A stretch of 64,000 bases of DNA from Cyanidioschyzon merolae (taxonomy: Eukaryota): assembly GCA_000091205.1 (NCBI GenBank), contig AP006496.2, one strand, 5' to 3'. Under the pieces are notes generated by a model, which searched no databases, was not told the origin of the DNA, and was given only the letters and a program-made list of their open reading frames with translations. Shown in pieces: positions 57,548 to 64,000 of this stretch (position 1 is its first letter; every line of letters begins with the position of its first letter). A program made the position numbers and the translations under genes.

Positions 57548-58549
57548 TTACGAAGATGTCGACGGTCGCGATGCTCGTGGGGGACCCCTGCGGCGACTGC
57601 GATGACGCGGCTTGGGCGAATGGTTTCCGCTTTCGCTGGACTGCTGCTCAGCAGCGGCATTCAAGGAGTTAGGAACCGCGTGCGAGGTTTCTGTAGCGGG
57701 CCCTGTTGTCGGTAGCGTTTCTGCTGTAGCATGCACCGTAGCTGTCGCTCCTAGTTTGTCCATTCCAGCAGTAGGTGTGCCTTCCGTGATCCGCGAACGA
57801 CGCCGAGGCCAGAGCTGGGCGAGCTGGAGCACAGAGGACAGGACGCCAGCAGCCCCTACAAGTGTCTGAGAATGCTGTCCTGGTTCGGCCATATTCAAGC
57901 CTACAAGGATGTCACATCCGTAACGCACAGCTCTGGCGAGCACGCCAGTCTCAAAGCTTCCGGGAGGTGGTCGCTCAGGCTCCAACGCAGTAGCTGCCAG
58001 TGCTGAGATCGAGTCCTTGGCACCCTTTTCATCAGAGCGTCGTTTCCGATTAAGAATAGACCAGAGCTGATAAACATAGAGCGCAAATGAGGCAAGGCTG
58101 GATAGGAGGAGGCTGTATCCCGCACAGCGACCCCAGAAGCGTGCGCGCTTTTGGCCAGGAGGTTCCAAAAACAGTCCCGTTCTGTATAACCAGACGAGAT
58201 GATCAAAACCAAAGTAACAGAAAAGGCCCAAATCAGCCAGCAGCTGCAAAATTGGTGTTCCAAAGATCAGTTCAAGTGTGCCGCCCTTTGTGGTGCGTTG
58301 GTGGTTCCAGTACTTTGCAAGCACGTTGAGGCCGCGAGCCAAACGAAAGAGCTTCCGACCATCTGCGAGCACCAGTTCCAAAGTGAGCGCTTTTTGTGCA
58401 AGTAGTGGAACACGCTCCGGATCTTTTATAAGCAGTTCAGTATAGGGTCCGCGCACGAACTTTGCAGTAAATTGAACCAGGCGGTAGACTTTATCACGAC
58501 CGTCGGTCGTTGCGAGCACCTCTCGCAAGCAACATACTTGGTGTTGCAT
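57548..58549 (-). CDS. PEX11: Peroxisomal biogenesis factor 11 (PEX11 family).
   Basis: The N-terminal 'LREVLATTDGRDKVYRLVQFTAKFV' is the conserved PEX11 helix with the TDGRDK box. Hydrophobic segments follow in the middle, and there is a C-terminal Ser/Thr/Arg-rich tail. Confidence 0.55.
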   Translation of the reverse strand: MQHQVCCLREVLATTDGRDKVYRLVQFTAKFVRGPYTELLIKDPERVPLLAQKALTLELVLADGRKLFRLARGLNVLAKYWNHQRTTKGGTLELIFGTPILQLLADLGLFCYFGFDHLVWLYRTGLFLEPPGQKRARFWGRCAGYSLLLSSLASFALYVYQLWSILNRKRRSDEKGAKDSISALAATALEPERPPPGSFETGVLARAVRYGCDILVGLNMAEPGQHSQTLVGAAGVLSSVLQLAQLWPRRRSRITEGTPTAGMDKLGATATVHATAETLPTTGPATETSHAVPNSLNAAAEQQSSESGNHSPKPRHRSRRRGPPRASRPSTSS

Positions 58550-60592
58550 GCCGAGAAAAAGTGGCTAGTGGCGGAATTGAAACACCTTTCAAGCGCACAT
58601 AACGTTCCGAAAGAGAAGAGACTGAGCTCCGCGGGTCACCGCAAACATAGTCTGTGCAAGTGTCGACGTACGACCGTAACGGAGATTGTTTGCAAAGACG
58701 AGGCAGATTTTCTTCGGAAACCGGCTGCGCACTCGACTGCGTTGGAAGATGAAGACCAGGGTCTGTGCACCATAGCGGAGACGAATCTCTGTTTTGATTG
58801 CTAAACAGTACATACATAAGGTGCATGTCTTGGTTTTAGGGAAATAGGGATCGTAAGCACGCGTAGAGACGAGCACTGGAGACGGCGTCGAGAAGTATGT
58901 TGGAAGCACCGACTCGTTGCAACGAGCGAGGTACCTCCAACCACGGCTCTTCAGGTTATTTTGCGCGTGGTGCAGCTGCTACCAACGAGATCCATGTACG
59001 AAAGGGACGTTAGTTTGTCGTTCATAGGTAGTATCGAGAAGAGGCGCCGGCAATCCGTCCACGCACTCGTGGGTGTAAGTTCGTGCTGCGCTCCGGACGT
59101 TGTATAGGGTCTGTCATGAACGCCGGCATTTTTCTAGAGGCTGCGCGGTGTACAGCGTCCAGTTCTTCGGCCGGTTTAAACGTGTGTGCGCTCAGAGAGA
59201 CAGGCTTTATGGTGCCACAGGCAAGCCGGCCTCATCAGCAGCGGACAAGACGTTTGAAAAAACTCTCGATGCGGCTATCCAAAGAAGTACGCAGCGGAAT
59301 GTTCTCAGTAATATCAGACTAGGAGAAACCATTATTGTCTATCGACTGCCGGGAAAAGTCTTTACCAGTGTTTCTTCAAGGCGCTCCAGCCCTGCTAGAT
59401 TTCTGAACTGTATGATACGAGTGCCTTGGTCTTTTCGAGCGTCCGATGCCCTACCTCCTGTCTAGTGATTTTATCGCGCAAGTCTTCCGCGTTTCACCAC
59501 AATACACACAAGAAACACAAAACGATCTCCTCGAAAGTTCGCTTGACACAAAGCTGTTGCACGCTCCGAACCAGGAGACGTTTCCGGACGCTGGTCGAGG
59601 CGTTCAAGTCTCGGTGCAGCACGTGCCTTCGCGCATGCTTACTAGTGTTTTCACGTTATCGCGAGTCACTTGCCTTCCATTGCCTCGCCATGTGATGCTC
59701 AGTCAGCATGAAGAATACCAGATCGTGCATGCGTCTATGTTTCATGCCCTGTTTCCCTGCAAGTTTCAGGATGCACCGGCGCTGTGTTCAAAAGGAGGTG
59801 AAAATGTCATGCAAAGCCGAGAGCGCAACTTCCGCCTGAGCATGCCATACGTCGACACCTGACGGAAGCTGCGAAACCCGGACTTGAACGCTCCCAGCAA
59901 TATTCCATCGACTGCTGTCATTTGAGCTCGAGTGACAGGAGATACCGATATATTGAACGTCGGAGATAAGCGTTCAGAAACGGAAGAGGCTGCAGAAAGA
60001 GCTCGCAAAATCTGGTATTCATCACAATGGGAGCAGACCCAAACTTTAGAGTGCACGCTCGAGTCAGCATGCCCCTTCCATTTGACTCTGAAATGGGTAT
60101 CAAGGACGAATCCTACGACTAGCACAGGTTTCCTGGGCGAACGCCGAAGATCAGGTCGCCGCTCCACGGCAGCGTTGCCATCCGCTAGACATGAGAGCTG
60201 ACGAGCTCATGCTACGAACGCTTCGCCAGCTCTTGGCTATGGAATACACAACACCGAATTCGAACACGAGACTGATTCCAGGGCAAGGACATCGAATCTC
60301 TGCGAAGCGATCGTCAGAGGCTTCTGGAATCGCATCAGAAGAGCAACTGTTAGGCTCGTCATTACTGGCTCACGCTCTGCTGACGTCGGTTCGTAACATC
60401 TCTCTATGAGCGTGCGGAGCACGCTGCGACGAGGCATGTCCGAATATGCTCATTCCAGGCGGCAGGCACTGTGTTAGGCCTCGCGGTAGCACCGGGACGA
60501 TGGCGCGCTTCCACCAGGTTCGCCTGCTTGCCATCGAACTCCTCAGTGCTCGCTGCGGTCATCTCGCCCGCCATGCAAGACACGGGAATAGT

Positions 60593-61873
60593 TCAGGTCT
60601 CCATGGGCATCGCACCTGGTAGCGGACGGACTTGTGGCAGTGGTCGCGGTGCCATGAATCCCACCAAGCGATCGTGAACGGTATACACGAGCCGCCGTCC
60701 CTTGCTAGCGTGGCGCTCTTCCGCAGCATACTTGCGCAGCCGATGCTTTGCCCGCTCAATGATGAGCGCTGTTGTTGGATCCAGATGTTCGTTGTGTATG
60801 AGGCTCGCCATGGTGCCTTTTGATCTTTCGGCCGGCAAAGAGCTCTTGTCCCAGTCATTCTCAGCGATTCGTTGCTGCATGATGCGATAGAAAAGTTCCG
60901 CGTCATCGAAATGCTCCGGATCATACCTACCGGAATTTCCCGCCTGTGCGACTCCTCTGTTGACAACCGGCTCACTTCCTTTGCGTCGGGCCTGGAAAAT
61001 GCGACGAATGCGTTCGCGAGAGTGCACGTCCGACAGCAGGCGCTGCAGCTGGCTTTCAAGACCCTGTCCCAAGGTCGTCAGCGCCTCGTTTCGCCCAGTC
61101 GTCGTTGGTGTTTGTTCAGGTACCACTATCTCTTGATGTATGCGCTCCAGTACGCTTTTACGCAGCCCAAGCAGCTTTTGGTGCCTCTGGGCCAGCGACG
61201 CCTCGAGCGCTTGGCTGCTCGCCGGTGCCTGTTGCGCCTGCTGGCCCGCCGCCTCGCGAAGCCACAACTCGAGCACTCTTCGCGCGGCAGTGGAAGACTG
61301 AACGCACAAATCCTGAGTTTCCGGACTGGATTCGCAGAAAGCTCTGTACAGTGGGGCATGCGGAAGCTTCGCTGCAGTCTGGAGTGGCTTGTGTAAGCGT
61401 GCGCGGGCCTCTAACAAAGCGTCAATCCGAGCACGCAGCTCTCGAGCTGTTGCCAACCAGGTCGTTGGATCGCTACTCTCTGTGGACGCTGTTTCCGAAG
61501 AACTTTCCGAACCATCCTCTGAGGAGCTGTCGCGGAGACTGTGCGGTCGTTTTCGCCGCATTTGTTCAAAGCAAAACTCGGTCGAGCTACAGCGAGTATC
61601 GAACGCTGTCAGTGCAGTGCAGTGCAGTGCCGTTCGAAACGTTCGCCGACTGCGACTGCGACTGCGACTGCTCGAGGACGCGCTGGCCTGGGACGTGCAC
61701 ACAACGACCAGTAGCTCCGTTCCGAAGTATTGGCGGTGGGTACCAGATCTTGGAGATATGGTGTGCAGTAATGGTTGCTTTCCTGTATGATGCTGTCCAA
61801 CGAGCGATTGGGGTTTTCTGCTCAGTATGACTGTTCTGTCCACCAAAAACTTGGCGAGGCGCGAGGCCGGCAC
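60593..61873 (-). CDS. AATF/Che-1/Bfr2-like nucleolar protein (TRAUB domain), candidate.
   Basis: The central 'YDPEHFDDAELFYRIMQQRIAE' resembles the AATF 'FDDtDFY..LL.eli' box. The C-terminal '...LDPTTALIIERAKHRLRKYAAEERHASKGRRLVYTVHDRLVGFMAP' resembles the TRAUB C-terminal domain. The N-terminus is acidic and Ser-rich, as in Bfr2/AATF. Confidence 0.45.
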   Translation of the reverse strand: MPASRLAKFLVDRTVILSRKPQSLVGQHHTGKQPLLHTISPRSGTHRQYFGTELLVVVCTSQASASSSSRSRSRSRRTFRTALHCTALTAFDTRCSSTEFCFEQMRRKRPHSLRDSSSEDGSESSSETASTESSDPTTWLATARELRARIDALLEARARLHKPLQTAAKLPHAPLYRAFCESSPETQDLCVQSSTAARRVLELWLREAAGQQAQQAPASSQALEASLAQRHQKLLGLRKSVLERIHQEIVVPEQTPTTTGRNEALTTLGQGLESQLQRLLSDVHSRERIRRIFQARRKGSEPVVNRGVAQAGNSGRYDPEHFDDAELFYRIMQQRIAENDWDKSSLPAERSKGTMASLIHNEHLDPTTALIIERAKHRLRKYAAEERHASKGRRLVYTVHDRLVGFMAPRPLPQVRPLPGAMPMET

Positions 61874-64000
61874 GCGGCATCGAGTGCGGGGTACTCAGCC
61901 GCTGCTGCTTGTACAGAAACGTATATGAATCGTAAGTATAATTGGCAACAGATATCGAGACAGGTGTGCAGCAGCGAAGCCAGCCGCGATACAGGTACTC
62001 CAAGCGCACGCCCTGCTCAGTTCTGAGGGCGACTCCGAGGCGAGGTTGTTTGCGCGATCGCGACGTTGACGACGCCCTAGGACGGCATCATCGCCAGCGG
62101 GGGGACGCTCACGCATCGCAGAGCACCCGACCAGAGGCCAGTGACACTTCCAGGTGCTTGACACCCGAAATGAGGACCCAGCTTATGCTTCGTTCCTCGC
62201 TGCACGGTGCAGGTTCTCTGGCACATGGGATGGTTCTCAGTTTCTACACCGACGTCTGCATATTGCTTCCGTTTGACGGTGCAGAACCGATGGATCAAAG
62301 CAGGATACCCCGATGAGGCTACTTGTACCAGCCGTTTGGACAGGCACTTTGGTTTCTTCATGGGCGTTTCGATGCTCTCGCGCTCACAGTACAGTGCACC
62401 CGAATGGAAAAGCGACCTGGTCCATCTTGCGCTCCTACGGTAGTAGCGTTGACTACCCGCGCTAGAGGGAATCGCCAGTGCGTGTGCTGCTGTAGACTTG
62501 TTACAGAGGCGCGACGACTTTGCGATGACTCTCATGGTGTCGGTTGGAGGAAATATTGTTCTTCCAGCGAGTCTATCAGGTACCAGTGCGAAGCATTTCG
62601 AGGAGTTGCCTCTGTCGTGGCACCGTGTGGGACGGAAATCGGAGCGCCCAACACAGCGCTTTCCGTGAAGGTGCCGCAGCCGCCTTTTCACCTACTTTAC
62701 GCTCCAATTTCCATCTCAGATGCCATGCCAGCAAGAGGCACGCATCAGCCATACCTGGGGGCTTCTATGCCGCATCGACGTAACGTGGACGCTTGGCCGA
62801 TGTTGCGGCTCTGGGCAGTTTCGCCGCAGCCTTGCCCGAGAGCACGCATTCGCAGCTCGCCGTTGGGTGCGTGCCAGGCAATCAGTGCCCTATGGCCTGT
62901 TGCTGGGGTGCTGTCCAACATGTCACTGCGAGCGTGTCTGTTGGCGTCGATGCCGCTGCGCGATGCACGCATCGTGCACGACACGCATTCGCCGACACGG
63001 ATGCATGAACAGTTTGCAATGGGTGCTATGTGTACTGTAGACCGTTTGCGCAAGCTGCTAGTCGCTGTGCCTAGTGCTCTTCACGGACGCTTAGAAACGC
63101 AGCGAATCATAGTTTTTCAAGAATAAAATTTATTCCACTCTCCCTATGGTGCACTGCAGGAGATCGACATCACGATGCAATGCATAGTATAGATCGTGGA
63201 CGAATTGCCCGTACGAGATATATTCTTAACTGAACAGTGCACGGTGGAATGGATTTCTCCTTCAGGTCAGTCATAGCACCTTGCTCCAACGGTTGAGGAA
63301 CACTGGAAGAACCAAGAATATGCGCTCCGCGCCAAAACCCGATATTCTCAAAGCGTGCTTGCGGTCAACGATAGAACAACATCCGTAGATAACCTTTTAC
63401 GGAAACCAAAAGCGATGATAATAGACACCATGGGTGTGTCTGATACTCTATATCTTATTCGTGTGGTCCTGAAAAAACAGGGATAAAATCGCAAAAACGT
63501 CCTAGTTCAAGCACGGCCATCTTCGACCGAAATCGCAACGCCAGCGTTTCTGGAACGTCGCAATCGGGATGAAGCATGGGGGCGTCGGGTTGTTTCCTTT
63601 TTCTTCGACGAGACTCTGCTCGGATAAAACCGTCGGAGCGTATATGGGTATGCGCGGAGAGGGAGCCCGTTGTATGTACGACCGAAAGTCGAATGCGAGG
63701 CCCAAGCAGCAACAGCATTCACTTTGTCGAATTATTGATGACTTTCACCGGACACCTGGCTACGTTCCTCCGCTGAACCACAAGACATTTCACCATTCCG
63801 ATTGCGTCCGAGTTTTTGCCGATTCTGGCGGTTAATGGAGCTCCTTTTCATTCCTCTGTACAGCCCGCGGTTGAAACCCATCGAAGCAGAGTTTTCTCTT
63901 GTGATACGCAATGATCGCTGCATTGGGCGAATCGCTGCAGCGTTCATCACACAGTGACGTACGGAGACACAATTCGTCTCCCATCCGCAAGTCCTACTTC

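Noticed and set aside
1-64000. Prokaryotic interpretation (operons, defence islands).
   Set aside because: Beta-tubulin, dynamin, karyopherin, PEX11, Mic60-like, DMAP1-like and AATF-like genes, long targeting presequences and 1-3-kb spacers all indicate a eukaryotic nuclear locus. No adjacent sets of genes resemble prokaryotic defence or secretion systems.

Overview
This window looks like nuclear DNA from a GC-rich, compact eukaryote whose genes lack introns. My best guess is a red alga of the Cyanidioschyzon type, and that is an inference, not a database hit. The reasons are below.

**Why eukaryotic and probably a plastid-bearing red alga**
- Every recognisable gene is a single uninterrupted ORF, usually with an N-terminal extension that looks like an organelle targeting peptide.
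- Intergenic spacers are 0.5-3 kb.
- The beta-tubulin is divergent, which fits organisms without flagella.
- Plant-type DapB, a plastid-type PurM, a CRTISO-like carotenoid isomerase, an FtsY homologue (probably the chloroplast type) and a phycobilisome-lyase-type HEAT-repeat protein all point to a plastid.
- The dynamin is 962 aa, which matches what I recall of the plastid-division dynamin of C. merolae. I cannot verify this.

**Genes I can support** (strand in brackets)
- FtsY-type SRP receptor GTPase, probably the chloroplast form (-); its 3' end runs off the left edge of the window and the ORF track missed it
- ABCC/MRP-type full ABC transporter (-)
- HEAT-repeat protein of the phycobilisome-lyase type (+)
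- karyopherin/exportin-like protein (-)
- SWC4/DMAP1 SANT-domain protein (-)
- plant-type dihydrodipicolinate reductase DapB (+)
- phospholipid scramblase (-)
- DsbA-like thioredoxin-fold protein (-)
- dynamin-related GTPase (-)
- beta-tubulin (+)
- AIR synthetase PurM (-)
- Mic60/mitofilin-like protein (+)
- alpha/beta hydrolase (+)
- Yju2/CWC16-like splicing factor (-)
- CRTISO-like carotenoid isomerase (+)
- PEX11 (-)
- AATF/Bfr2-like protein (-)

**Accessory and mobile DNA**
- Two mutually inverted, decayed copies of a TnpB/Fanzor-like C-terminal module (RuvC-II-like segment, then Zn-finger/RuvC-III 'RDLNAAINI'), about 16 kb apart.
- A degenerate LINE-like reverse-transcriptase ORF with an upstream ORF1-like ORF.
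- Three minisatellites with units of about 94-136 bp, plus short microsatellites.

I could not search systematically for tRNA or rRNA genes by eye. I saw no prokaryotic-style defence or CRISPR system. The two most interesting observations are the inverted pair of TnpB/Fanzor-like relics and the LINE relic.
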